Shown: in pieces, positions 1 through 8,834 of the stretch
How positions within the stretch are numbered: the stretch's first letter is position 1
Layout: every line of letters begins with the position of its first letter
Assembly (NCBI GenBank): GCA_030691635.1
Contig: JAUYEF010000326.1
Coordinates: forward strand, 1-60,681
Reading direction: 5' to 3'
Origin: Bacillota bacterium
GTDB taxonomy: Bacteria; Bacillota; Sulfobacillia; JAUYEF01
DNA: 60,681 nucleotides
Program-made: the position numbers and the translations under genes
Notes under the pieces: generated by a model
Told to the model about the DNA's origin: nothing
The model's input: the letters and a program-made list of their open reading frames with translations, nothing else
Database searches by the model: none

Positions 1-6
1 CGGGCC

Positions 7-999
7 TTGAGACGACTCCTCACTTTGATGCTCCTGCTTGTGCTCATTTCCGTAGTCGTGTTGCCGGCCTTGCTTGCTCGCGGGTGCTCGCCCTTGAGCC
101 TTCACCGGGCAGGGTCGGGATCCGCCATACCAATCAGCCTCACCTTGTACCGCCACGATACTCAGTCCCTCGAGCAGATGGACCTGGAGGAATACCTCGT
201 CGGTGTGCTCGCGACGGAAATCCCTGCCCTGTTCGAACCTGAGGCACTGAAGGCACAGGCGATCGTGGCCAGAACATACACGGTCAAGCGAATGCGGTGT
301 TTCGGCGGGCAGGGGTCGAAGTGCCACCCAGAGGCGGACATGTGTGATGATCCGACTCACGGTCAGGGCTGGACGACTGAGCAGGGAGCCAAGGCCAAAT
401 GGCCGGTCCTCGACGCGGCGCGCAACTGGTCGCGGCTTGTCAGTGCTGTCCGCGCGACGGGCGGGCTGATCATCACGCACAGAGGCCTGCCTGTGGACCC
501 GGTGTACCATTCCACATGCGGCGGTTCCACGGAGAACAGCGAGGACGTGTGGAGCACGGCTTTTCCCTACCTGCGGTCCGTAACCTGCGACTGGTGCAGG
601 AGCTCCCCACGGTACAAGAACACCGTCCAGATGAGCCTTGAGGACCTGGGTCGGAGACTTGGACAGCCAACGGCCATTCCCACGCTGGCCAGGCAGGAAG
701 GGCGCAAGTTTATCGAGATCCTCAAGGCAAGCCGCACAGGACGAGCCCAACTGGTACGGGTCGGAGACAAGTCGTTCAAAGCGGTGGATCTTCGCTCTGC
801 GCTCGGCCTTTCGTCCACCAAGTTCGGCTGGCGCCTCACCGGGTCAAACATCACGTTCGACTGCGACGGCTACGGCCATGGAGTCGGGCTCTGCCAGTAT
901 GGAGCGAACGGTATGGCAAAGGAGGGCCGCCAGGCGTCGGACATCATCCGCTACTACTTCTCAGGCACAAGCGTAATGCCGATGTTCGAGACCCGCTAG
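7..999 (+). CDS. spoIID: Stage II sporulation protein D (SpoIID/LytB lytic transglycosylase)
   Basis: N-terminal TM; LEEYLVGVLATE, EALKAQAIVARTY, YHSTCGG, PYLRSV, GYGHGVGLCQYGANGMA motifs; synteny with spoIIQ-spoIIID. Confidence 0.95.
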   Translation: MRRLLTLMLLLVLISVVVLPALLARGCSPLSLHRAGSGSAIPISLTLYRHDTQSLEQMDLEEYLVGVLATEIPALFEPEALKAQAIVARTYTVKRMRCFGGQGSKCHPEADMCDDPTHGQGWTTEQGAKAKWPVLDAARNWSRLVSAVRATGGLIITHRGLPVDPVYHSTCGGSTENSEDVWSTAFPYLRSVTCDWCRSSPRYKNTVQMSLEDLGRRLGQPTAIPTLARQEGRKFIEILKASRTGRAQLVRVGDKSFKAVDLRSALGLSSTKFGWRLTGSNITFDCDGYGHGVGLCQYGANGMAKEGRQASDIIRYYFSGTSVMPMFETR

Positions 1000-1071
1000 C
1001 GCGTGTGGCGTGTATTGCGCGTTTTCCGACCGGTCGGCAGGAATCACTACGCATCCCCACACACGCTTCCT

Positions 1072-1100
1072 GCATAATTCCCCTGTTTTTGGGAGAGGAT
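1072..1100 (+). promoter_or_regulatory. Possible sigma-F-type promoter of the spoIIQ-like gene
   Basis: GCATA-N15-GGAGAGGAT resembles the sigF consensus; spoIIQ is sigF-dependent in characterised sporulators. Confidence 0.35.
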
Positions 1101-1110
1101 TTGCCCTGGG

Positions 1111-1959
1111 GTGATTATGCAGATGAGGGTTTCACGTAAGCGCCATAACCGGCTTTCTCTTCAACGGTATTTCAACAAGGTCATGCTCGTGGCCCGGAAC
1201 GCAGTGCGTTCTGAGACGGTGAAGTCTCTTGCCACGATCATCCTGGTGGCGGGCCTGGCAACCGCATCGTTCTACATGGGCATGTGGATCGAGCGGGGCA
1301 GGGTGAGCACGCCTCAGTCTCAGGCAGTTGAGCGGACGGCCGAGCAGCAGCCCGTGACGGAGCGCAGTGAGAATGCCCCGAAGCCCCAGACCGCCACGCC
1401 CAAACCGGCCCCGGCGCCACCTGCTCCGAAGGACGTGGCTCCGAATGCGCCCAAGGCGGGCGCCGCGACCAAGAGCAGTACCACAGCGACCAAGACCACT
1501 ACCGGAGCGGCGGCGAGTGCCACCACCGGTTCCGGCGCGACCGCGTCGGGTGCGGCTACGCGCCTGGTCATGGCCGTTCCGGTCACAGGCGACAAGATCT
1601 TCGGTTATGACTGGATGTACTCGCCGTCGTTCGGTGACTGGCGTTTCCACACGGGGATGGACCTCAAGTCGGACGTCGGGTCTCCGGTGAAGGCCGCACT
1701 CAACGGCACCGTGCTGAGCATCAAGGAAGACCCGACCAACGGGCTGACCGTCGTGCTCGACCATGGCTCGGGGCTCGTGACGGTCTATGGCGGCCTGGAC
1801 AGCCTGTGCATCAACCAGGGCGACAAGGTGGTTAAGAACCAGATCATCGGCCGCATTGGCGATCCGCCGCTGGTCGAAGCCGACCTCGGCCCGCACCTTC
1901 ACTTTGAGGTACGGAAGAACGGTTTGCCCGAAGATCCAGCCGCCTACCTGCCGAAATAG
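1111..1959 (+). CDS. spoIIQ: M23/LytM peptidase, SpoIIQ-like
   Basis: TM anchor, Pro/Ala/Thr linker, HTGMD (HxxxD) and HLHFE (HxH) motifs; directly after spoIID. Confidence 0.8.
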   Translation: MIMQMRVSRKRHNRLSLQRYFNKVMLVARNAVRSETVKSLATIILVAGLATASFYMGMWIERGRVSTPQSQAVERTAEQQPVTERSENAPKPQTATPKPAPAPPAPKDVAPNAPKAGAATKSSTTATKTTTGAAASATTGSGATASGAATRLVMAVPVTGDKIFGYDWMYSPSFGDWRFHTGMDLKSDVGSPVKAALNGTVLSIKEDPTNGLTVVLDHGSGLVTVYGGLDSLCINQGDKVVKNQIIGRIGDPPLVEADLGPHLHFEVRKNGLPEDPAAYLPK

Positions 1960-2040
1960 GAATCAGGCGAAGACAGCAGGGGCAAGTCGGGGCCAGCACG
2001 GTAGGCGGATGCGTAACTGCGTTCGCCTGGCGAACTCATA

Positions 2041-2079
2041 GCCGGCTCGTGCAGGAAGCAGCTTCGCTGCACGGCCGGC
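2041..2079. terminator. Hairpin between convergent spoIIQ and MFS genes
   Basis: GCCGGC-TC-GTGCAG...CTGCAC-G-GCCGGC inverted repeat. Confidence 0.45.
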
Positions 2080-3449
2080 TATGACTGTTGGGCAGGAGCA
2101 AGGACTTCGCTACCTGCATGCCTGGCGTCCAGTGAAAGGACGACTCCAGGCAGGCTCAGGAGTCCTGCGGCAGCCAGCGTGAAGACCGGACCAACGCGGT
2201 TTGAGGCATATCCGGCAGCGACGTTCGCCAACGGCATGAGCGCCATGGCGAGCGTGGCTCGAAACGCAAAGACCCGCCCCATCAGCTCGCTGGGCACGAA
2301 CTCCTGGTAGAGTGCGTTTGCACACGAGCCCATCACAGGGCCTGTCAAGCCGACGACGAAGCACACAGGAAGCGCCCACTCGAGAGATGGGCAGAACGCC
2401 AGGCCGACGGTACTGAGGGCGATCACCGCTATGGAAAGGGAGACCATCCGGTGCTTATGGGACAGGCGTTTCAGAGCTGCCAGGACGATGATCGCCGCCA
2501 ATGATCCCGCCGAACCGGCTGACAAGGTCAGGCCATACCCGATCATGCCCCTGCCGTAGATGTCCCTGGATATGAAAGGCATGACGACCATGCGCACTGC
2601 CGTGACCATGTTCACGAAGGTGAACGCTACGGTCAGGCTGAGAATCCACTTCCTCTGGCGGACGTACACAAGTCCCGCCCGCAGGTCCTGCCACGCCGAT
2701 TTGTTCGATGGGGTTGGTCTTGATGATGCGCGCGTGGTCGCCAGCAGCAGCGACGAAACCAGGAACGTGAGGCCGGCCAGCAGGACTGCGGGGCCGGCGC
2801 CAGCACTCTCCACCATCACACCCGCCAGAGCGGGGCCGGCCGCCGCGGCGATGTGCAAGGCCGACTGCTGCGTGGCATTGGCCCTTACGAGCACTTTCCT
2901 ATCGACAAGCGCGGGGATCAACGAGTTCAGGGCGGGATCGTAGAACGCTCTCGCCAGAGACCTCGTCGCAATGACCACGTAAATGTGCCAGACCTGCACC
3001 CTGCCCGCCATTATCACGGCAGCGAGAACCAGGTCAACGCACCCACTGACGATATCAGCCACCATGAGCACGCGCTTCCTCTCCAGCCGGTCCACCACCA
3101 CGCCGCCGAAGAGAGAAGCAAGCAGCCGCGGCAGAGTCCCAAGCGCCATGGAGAGGCCCATGGACGTGGGGGACCCGGTCATCTTGAGGATGATGAAAGC
3201 CTGCGCGATCCCGGAGAAATTCTCTCCGAACATGCTTATCGTCTGAGCGGCCCAGAGGCGGATGAACGAAGGCGGGAGCCAGGTTCTGGACGAGGCGGAC
3301 GGCGCACTGGGCGCGGCCTCTGCTGGCTCGAGCTGAAGGCGTCCGCCGGGTGGACCGGCCGCACCCTTTCCTGACAGGAAACGAAGCCGCAACCCCAAGA
3401 CCCCCAAGTACGGCGCCAGGTCACATTCCTTGTGACCATGTTGCGTCAC
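2079..3449 (-). CDS. MFS transporter (macrolide-efflux/DHA3-like); true start probably downstream of 3449
   Basis: About 12 hydrophobic segments; GVVVDRLERKRVLMVAD motif A; VPSELMGRVF. Confidence 0.9.
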   Translation of the reverse strand: MTQHGHKECDLAPYLGVLGLRLRFLSGKGAAGPPGGRLQLEPAEAAPSAPSASSRTWLPPSFIRLWAAQTISMFGENFSGIAQAFIILKMTGSPTSMGLSMALGTLPRLLASLFGGVVVDRLERKRVLMVADIVSGCVDLVLAAVIMAGRVQVWHIYVVIATRSLARAFYDPALNSLIPALVDRKVLVRANATQQSALHIAAAAGPALAGVMVESAGAGPAVLLAGLTFLVSSLLLATTRASSRPTPSNKSAWQDLRAGLVYVRQRKWILSLTVAFTFVNMVTAVRMVVMPFISRDIYGRGMIGYGLTLSAGSAGSLAAIIVLAALKRLSHKHRMVSLSIAVIALSTVGLAFCPSLEWALPVCFVVGLTGPVMGSCANALYQEFVPSELMGRVFAFRATLAMALMPLANVAAGYASNRVGPVFTLAAAGLLSLPGVVLSLDARHAGSEVLAPAQQS

Positions 3450-3677
3450 AACCGGTTACTACAAACATATAGTAAGACACCGGGCACATTGCGTCAACCG
3501 CAGGCTAGCACTGGCACCGCAACCTGCTCATGTCGAGTGCACATCGGCCTGGACGTGCACTCGTGGCGTGGATATTAGCGTGACCCGCACTCGTCGAGTG
3601 CATGTGGACATTGCACAATCCTCGCAGCCGACGTGTGGCCGCGGCCCCAACTCCCTCAGACGCTTCACCTTGCGTGC

Positions 3678-3707
3678 ACATTTTTGTTCCCGAGCCCCCA
3701 TATATAT
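3678..3707 (+). promoter_or_regulatory. Probable sigma-E promoter of spoIIID
   Basis: ACATT...CATATATAT (3699-3707), mother-cell sigma -10 type. Confidence 0.55.
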
Positions 3708-3752
3708 CTACTGTCCTACGCCGCCCATGCGTCAGGGAGGGGGCTTCCCGGA

Positions 3753-4001
3753 GTGAACGATACCATCTGGAAGCGCGTGCTGGACGTCAGCACATACATC
3801 CGTGATACCAAGACCACTGTCCGCGACGCCGCGAAGATCTTCAGCGTCTCCAAGAGCACAGTACATAAGGATGTGACAGAGCGGCTCCCCAAGATCAACC
3901 CGCAGCTTGCCAGAGAGGTCAAGGACGTGCTCGATTTCAACAAATCGGAACGCCATATCAGAGGCGGTGAGGCGACCCGCCAGAAGTACCTGGTGAGCTG
4001 A
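3753..4001 (+). CDS. spoIIID: Sporulation transcription regulator SpoIIID
   Basis: TVRDAAKIFSVSKSTVHKDVTERL...RHIRGGEATRQKY; GTG at 3753 after GGAGG. Confidence 0.97.
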   Translation: MNDTIWKRVLDVSTYIRDTKTTVRDAAKIFSVSKSTVHKDVTERLPKINPQLAREVKDVLDFNKSERHIRGGEATRQKYLVS

Positions 4002-4119
4002 CTTAAAGGGAATTTGTGGTATAGGGTAGAATCAGTAAGGCCTCTAAGGCCTTTTCTGTTTTGGCGCAGTGGACAAGGTACGGAGAGCCCTCAACAGGGA
4101 TGGAGGAGGGAGCAGGTCG

Positions 4120-5142
4120 TTGTTCAGACTTGTGGCCGATGTGGGAGTGGATCTGGGCACTGCCACGGTGCTGATATATGTGGTGGGCAAGGGCATAGTC
4201 CTCAAAGAGCCCTCTGTTGTAGCCATAGAGCAGGACACCAAGAGGATCCTGGCCATCGGTGAAGAGGCGTGGCGGATGATCGGCAGGACACCGGGCAACA
4301 TCATCGCCATTCGCCCGTTGCGCGAAGGGGTCATCGCCGACTACGATGTAACCCAGTCTATGCTCAGGCACTTCCTTTCCAAGGTGTGTGGTCGAGGGCC
4401 GCTCGCAAGGCCTCGTATCATGATCTGCGTGCCGTCCGGTGTGACGGGCGTGGAGAGGCGTGCCGTGCTACAGGCCTGCGCCGAAGCCGGCGCTTCCGCC
4501 ACATTCCTCATTGAAGAGCCGCTCGCGGCCGCCCTCGGGGCTGGGCTGGATATCGCGCCGCCGGTCGCCAACATGGTCGTGGACATCGGCGGCGGCACCA
4601 CCGACATCGCCGTGATCTCGCTGGGCGGAGTCGTCCTCAGCGAATCCATAAGAGTCGCCGGTGACAAGTTCGACGACGCGATCATGCGGTTCGTCCGGAA
4701 AGAGCACAATGTGCTCATAGGGGAAAGAACGGCCGAGGATGTGAAAATACGGGTGGGCGCCGCGATGCCCGGCCAGAGAGACGAATCGATAGAGATACGC
4801 GGCCGGGACCTCGTCGGTGGCCTGCCGAAGACCATCAGAGTGACCTCGAGCGAGACGGCCGCAGCGATGGAGGAGTCCGTCACAGCCATCTGCGATCGGG
4901 TGAAGTCCATTCTCGAGAGGACCCCGCCCGAGCTGGCCGCCGACCTGACGGATAGGGGAATCGTGCTCACGGGTGGGGGGTCGCTGCTGTACGGCTTTGA
5001 CACGTACCTGTCCTCTGAGACTCACGTGCCCGTTCGCGTGGCAGACGATCCCGTATCATGTGTCGCCCGGGGCACTGCCCTGGCTTTCGATTTCCTGCTG
5101 AACCCCGCCAAGAAGCCCCCGGGATTTCCGATGACCACGTAA
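4120..5142 (+). CDS. mbl: Rod shape-determining protein MreB/Mbl
   Basis: DLGTA, EPSVVA, RPLREGVIADYD, DIGGGTTD, LTGGGSLL; TTG at 4120 after GGAGGAGG; follows spoIIID. Confidence 0.93.
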   Translation: MFRLVADVGVDLGTATVLIYVVGKGIVLKEPSVVAIEQDTKRILAIGEEAWRMIGRTPGNIIAIRPLREGVIADYDVTQSMLRHFLSKVCGRGPLARPRIMICVPSGVTGVERRAVLQACAEAGASATFLIEEPLAAALGAGLDIAPPVANMVVDIGGGTTDIAVISLGGVVLSESIRVAGDKFDDAIMRFVRKEHNVLIGERTAEDVKIRVGAAMPGQRDESIEIRGRDLVGGLPKTIRVTSSETAAAMEESVTAICDRVKSILERTPPELAADLTDRGIVLTGGGSLLYGFDTYLSSETHVPVRVADDPVSCVARGTALAFDFLLNPAKKPPGFPMTT

Positions 5143-5227
5143 CATATCTAAAATAACAAAGTATATTCTGAAGGATTCTGGCCTCCCGCGTAGAACACCA
5201 TCTCCACAACGCACATAGAGTCCCATC

Positions 5228-5313
5228 CCGACAAGGCAAACCCGCCGAAAGGCGGCGACGCAAAGCCACGGGTCTAAAGCCTCTCCAAGGGCCACGACCG
5301 CCGGGCTGCCGAA
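5228..5313 (+). ncRNA. c-di-GMP-I (GEMM) riboswitch
   Basis: GGCAAA-CCCGCC-GAAA-GGCGGC-GACGCAAAGCC...GGTCTAA...GGGCTGCCG, upstream of flagellar rod genes. Confidence 0.92.
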
Positions 5314-5331
5314 GGACGCAAGCGCTGATTT

Positions 5332-5368
5332 GACGCCCGTCAGAGGCCCCGGAAAGACGGGCGTTTTC
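5332..5368 (+). terminator. Riboswitch expression-platform terminator
   Basis: GACGCCCGTC...GACGGGCGTT-TT hairpin just downstream of the aptamer. Confidence 0.7.
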
Positions 5369-5457
5369 CATTGGCGCCGCCGGACCCGAGCTGCACAACC
5401 GTATGATAGCCGGAGTACGATCGAAGGGCAACCGGAGCACCACCGGAGGTGAAGTCC

Positions 5458-6228
5458 ATGATACGCGGCCTCTATGCGTCCGCATCTGCGATGGTGGCGG
5501 ACCGCCTCAGGCAGGATATAGTCGCGAACAACATCGCCAACGCAACGACCCCAGGCTTCAGCAGGGACTGCGTTGGCTTTGAGTCTTTCCCCTACGTGTT
5601 GATAGAGGCGTGCGATCGTGGCACGCTTCTTGGCACCATCACCCAGGGAAGCCGGGCCTGCGGAACATACATCGACACCCGGAAGGGCCCTGCCGCACAG
5701 ACGGGTGGGCAGGCGGACGTATTCATCCGTGGGGAAGGCTTCTTCGTGATCCAGGATGGAGACCGTACCGTATACACCCGCCAGGGGTCGTTTGCCGCTG
5801 GATCCGGGGGGCTGCTCGTGACCCAGAAAGGCCATCCGGTCCTGGGCGTCGCAGGCCCCATCCGAGCCGGCTCGGGCGCATTGAGTGTGGATTCTCGCGG
5901 CTGGGTCAGGTGCGGAAACGAGACCATGGGGCGGCTGAAAGTCGTCCGGTTCAAGGAGCAGGTGATGCTCGTGAAAGACGAGCACGGCTACCTGACCCCA
6001 GGCCTGGGGGCGGCGCCCGGCCAGGGGTTCCCACCAGGCGTGGGGTTCATGCCAGAGACGGTACCCGAGCCGGACCTCGAGCCAGGCGCTCTCGAGATGT
6101 CCAACGTGAACCCGGTGATGGAGATGGTCTCCTTGATCACCGTGCTGCGTTCTTACGAGGCCAACGCGAAGGCGCTCCAGGCCCAGGATGAGACCCTGGC
6201 GAGGGCCGTCAATGATATCGCGAGGTAA
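5458..6228 (+). CDS. flhO: Flagellar basal-body rod protein FlgF/FlhO-like
   Basis: MIRGLY...ANNIANATTPGF; LEMSNVNPVMEMV...YEAN; ATG at 5458 after GGAGG. Confidence 0.88.
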   Translation: MIRGLYASASAMVADRLRQDIVANNIANATTPGFSRDCVGFESFPYVLIEACDRGTLLGTITQGSRACGTYIDTRKGPAAQTGGQADVFIRGEGFFVIQDGDRTVYTRQGSFAAGSGGLLVTQKGHPVLGVAGPIRAGSGALSVDSRGWVRCGNETMGRLKVVRFKEQVMLVKDEHGYLTPGLGAAPGQGFPPGVGFMPETVPEPDLEPGALEMSNVNPVMEMVSLITVLRSYEANAKALQAQDETLARAVNDIAR

Positions 6229-6267
6229 GCGGAAGGACAGGGAATACCCAGATGGGAAGGCGATCGC

Positions 6268-7116
6268 ATGATCCGTTCGCTCTGGACTGCTGCATCGGGG
6301 ATGATGGCTCAACAGACAAACCTGGACACCGTGGCCAATAACCTGGCGAATGTGAACACCCCAGGCTTCAAGAAGTCCAAGGCTGGTTTCCAGGACTTGC
6401 TCTACGACAGCGTCAGCGCGTCCGCCCCGCCGCCAAACACCAGCCCACAGACCTACTTGACGGACCCTACGGCGGGATACCCCACGCCCCCCGCGCTCCA
6501 GCAGGTCGGCCACGGCGTCCGGGTGGCGGGCACAAGCCGTTCATTCTTGCCCGGGACGTATGAATCGACAGCCAACACGCTCGACCTTGCGATAGACGGG
6601 GCAGGCTTCTTCTGCGTTGTCATGCAGGACGGAAAGCTCGCCTACACACGCGACGGCTCGTTCAGGCTGTCTGGAAACCGCAGGCTTGTGACCTCAGACG
6701 GTCATCTGGTATCGTCCCAGGGCAGCCAGTCCGGAAGCCAGGCGGGGATTTCCGTGCCGGAGGGGACTACCAAAGTCACGATCGGGACCGGTGGTGAGGT
6801 GCGGGCGACAACGACCTCAGGCGAAACAGCATGTGGCACAATCGGCATCTCGGTTTTCCCGAACCCGCCAGGGCTCGAGGCGCTGGGCCACAACCTGTTC
6901 AAGGAGACTCCCGCTTCCGGTGCGCCCAAGCATCTGACGCCCGCGTCTGAAGGCGCAGGGACACTCCTCTCCGGGTACCTGGAGACGTCGAATGTGCAGG
7001 TTGTGGAGGAAATGGTCAATCTCATCGTGATCCAGCGAGCCTACGAGATGAACGCCAAGTCCGTCCAGTCGTCAGACGAAGTGCTGGCCATCACCAACGG
7101 GCTCATCAGGAGGTAG
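6268..7116 (+). CDS. flgG: Flagellar basal-body rod protein FlgG/FlhP
   Basis: MIRSLWTAASGM, ANNLANVNTPGFKK, YTRDGSF, LETSNVQVVEEMVNLI..QRAYEMN. Confidence 0.93.
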   Translation: MIRSLWTAASGMMAQQTNLDTVANNLANVNTPGFKKSKAGFQDLLYDSVSASAPPPNTSPQTYLTDPTAGYPTPPALQQVGHGVRVAGTSRSFLPGTYESTANTLDLAIDGAGFFCVVMQDGKLAYTRDGSFRLSGNRRLVTSDGHLVSSQGSQSGSQAGISVPEGTTKVTIGTGGEVRATTTSGETACGTIGISVFPNPPGLEALGHNLFKETPASGAPKHLTPASEGAGTLLSGYLETSNVQVVEEMVNLIVIQRAYEMNAKSVQSSDEVLAITNGLIRR

Positions 7117-7121
7117 GCGGT

Positions 7122-7478
7122 ATGCCGCTGGATTCCGTGAACTCACCGTTTTCCACCCCACCGGCCTCGGCCCGGCCCGGCTTGCCGGCGGATCCGCCTC
7201 GAACGCACGCGGATTTTGCCCGAGACCCACTGCGGAAAGCCTGCCAGGACTTCGAGAGCATCTTCATCTCCATCGTGTTCAGGCAGATGCTCGACAGCGC
7301 TTGCGCGGGTTCCAGCGGCACGGTCGCGGGAGCCGGAGTCCTTGAGATGCTCGGGGACCAGGCGTTTGCAGGCCAGATGGCCCGGAACGGCGGCTTTGGG
7401 CTCTCAGGTTACCTTTACCGGCTGCTGGCAAAGAGCCCGGCCAACTCCTCCCTGGACTTCCGCGAGGGCGCCGGGTAA
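7122..7478 (+). CDS. flgJ: Rod-binding protein, single-domain FlgJ-like
   Basis: LRKACQDFESIF...QM...GGFGLSGYLYRLL pattern; follows flgG. Confidence 0.75.
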   Translation: MPLDSVNSPFSTPPASARPGLPADPPRTHADFARDPLRKACQDFESIFISIVFRQMLDSACAGSSGTVAGAGVLEMLGDQAFAGQMARNGGFGLSGYLYRLLAKSPANSSLDFREGAG

Positions 7479-7958
7479 GGCCGCCAGGTGACTGATCCAG
7501 CAGTCGTGATACGCCTGCCCATGCGGCGGAACGGATGAAGAGGGGTTGTACCAGACAGTGCGGAGGCCCGCCATCTTGGCGCCACGGATGTCCGCATCGT
7601 AGTTGTCCCCGACCATCACAGCCTCGCAAGCAAGGCACCCGACTGCCTCCAGCGCCTGTGTGAAGAAGATGGCGTCAGGCTTCTTTGCCCCCAGGTCCTG
7701 TGAGGTCAACACCACCTTGAAGAAATCCACCAGCCCCAGCCGCGCCAGAGCCAGCTTCACCAGCCGCGTGTCAGATATGCCTGCGTTCGTCAGCAGGCCC
7801 AGCACATACTTGCCCGAAAGCGTGCGCAGCACCTCTGGCGCGCCTGGCACCGCAGACACCACCGGCCAGGACGCCATGGGCCCGCTGTACTCGGGGTAGT
7901 TCACCATTACCGTGTCTCCCCAGTCGAAGAAGACAGCCTTCAGCTCAGCCTGTTCCAA
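7404..7958 (-). CDS. HAD-superfamily hydrolase
   Basis: FFDWGDT motif I, LTN, KKPD, MVGDNYDADIRGAK..G. Confidence 0.9.
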   Translation of the reverse strand: MEQAELKAVFFDWGDTVMVNYPEYSGPMASWPVVSAVPGAPEVLRTLSGKYVLGLLTNAGISDTRLVKLALARLGLVDFFKVVLTSQDLGAKKPDAIFFTQALEAVGCLACEAVMVGDNYDADIRGAKMAGLRTVWYNPSSSVPPHGQAYHDCWISHLAALPGALAEVQGGVGRALCQQPVKVT

Positions 7959-8171
7959 GAGACGTTTCCCCCTAGTCGTGCACTATTGTAATTATATACA
8001 ATCACGGATGTGGCGGGCGACCGGAATTGAGGGACGGGTGTGCCGGCCGGCCCCGTGACTCCGGAGACATGTGCCCCCGCCGGCCATCCGGCGGGGCCAC
8101 GCGGCGGAATCCCCCTGCCCCTGCAGGTATACGCGGGCTACTTCATAGAACACTACTGGCGGGTGAGGAAC

Positions 8172-8618
8172 GTGATAGGAATAGAAGAGATCAAGTCAGT
8201 CATCCCGCACAGGCCCCCATTCCTGCTGATCGACAGGATCCTGGAGTGCACCCCAGGCAAACGAGCCGTCGGCATAAAGAACGTGTCGCCGGGCGAGCCT
8301 TTCTTCCAGGGGCATTTCCCCTCCAGGCCGGTGATGCCAGGGGTGCTGATCATCGAGGCCCTCGCGCAGACCGGTGCGTTCGCGCTCCTGTCCACGGAGG
8401 AGAACAAAGGCAAAATCGCGCTGTTCGCCGGCATAGACCACGCGAGGTTCCGTCGCCAGGTCCTGCCGGGCGACGAGATCAGGCTTGAGATCGAAATCGG
8501 TAAGATGAGAGGCCCGGTTGGCAGGGGCGAAGCGAAGGCGTTCGTGGACGGGGAACTTGCGGCGGAGGCGACGCTCCTGTTCTACCTTGACACCAGAGCC
8601 GGGCCGGTGCTAGGATGA
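8172..8618 (+). CDS. fabZ: 3-hydroxyacyl-ACP dehydratase
   Basis: [33 protein letters not shown]; GTG at 8172. Confidence 0.96.
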   Translation: MIGIEEIKSVIPHRPPFLLIDRILECTPGKRAVGIKNVSPGEPFFQGHFPSRPVMPGVLIIEALAQTGAFALLSTEENKGKIALFAGIDHARFRRQVLPGDEIRLEIEIGKMRGPVGRGEAKAFVDGELAAEATLLFYLDTRAGPVLG

Positions 8619-8636
8619 AGTCGCGAAAACTGGCCT

Positions 8637-8759
8637 TTCTCATCAGGAGCAGGCGGAGGGTTCTGGCCCTGTGAAGCCTCGGCAACCGGCCCTGTGAAGT
8701 GGGGACGCGGTGCCAAACCCAGCAGAGAGTGGGATGACCGCCCACTCTGAGGGATGAGA
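8637..8759 (+). ncRNA. SAM-I (S-box) riboswitch
   Basis: TTCTCATCAGGAGCAGGCGGAGGG..TGGCCC..TGAAGCC..GGCAACC...GGTGCCAAACCC.GCAG...CTG..GATGAGA; upstream of Met/SAM genes. Confidence 0.95.
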
Positions 8760-8769
8760 CGAGACTCTC

Positions 8770-8801
8770 AAACCTCTTCTGCACGGCGGGAAGGGGTTTT
8801 T
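8770..8801 (+). terminator. S-box terminator
   Basis: AAACCTCTTCTGC...GCGGGAAGGGGTTTTT. Confidence 0.85.
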
Positions 8802-8834
8802 CATTTGACCAGGGAGAGAGAAGGAAGGAATTCC

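Noticed and set aside
3633-3752. N-terminal extensions given by the track for spoIIID (similarly fabZ, Met synthase, uvrC, kinase)
   Set aside because: Downstream starts have RBSs and match family N-termini; the extensions overlap promoters or riboswitches
5056-6513. 485-aa minus-strand ORF
   Set aside because: Antisense shadow of flhO/flgG and the riboswitch; no motifs; such shadows are common in high-GC DNA
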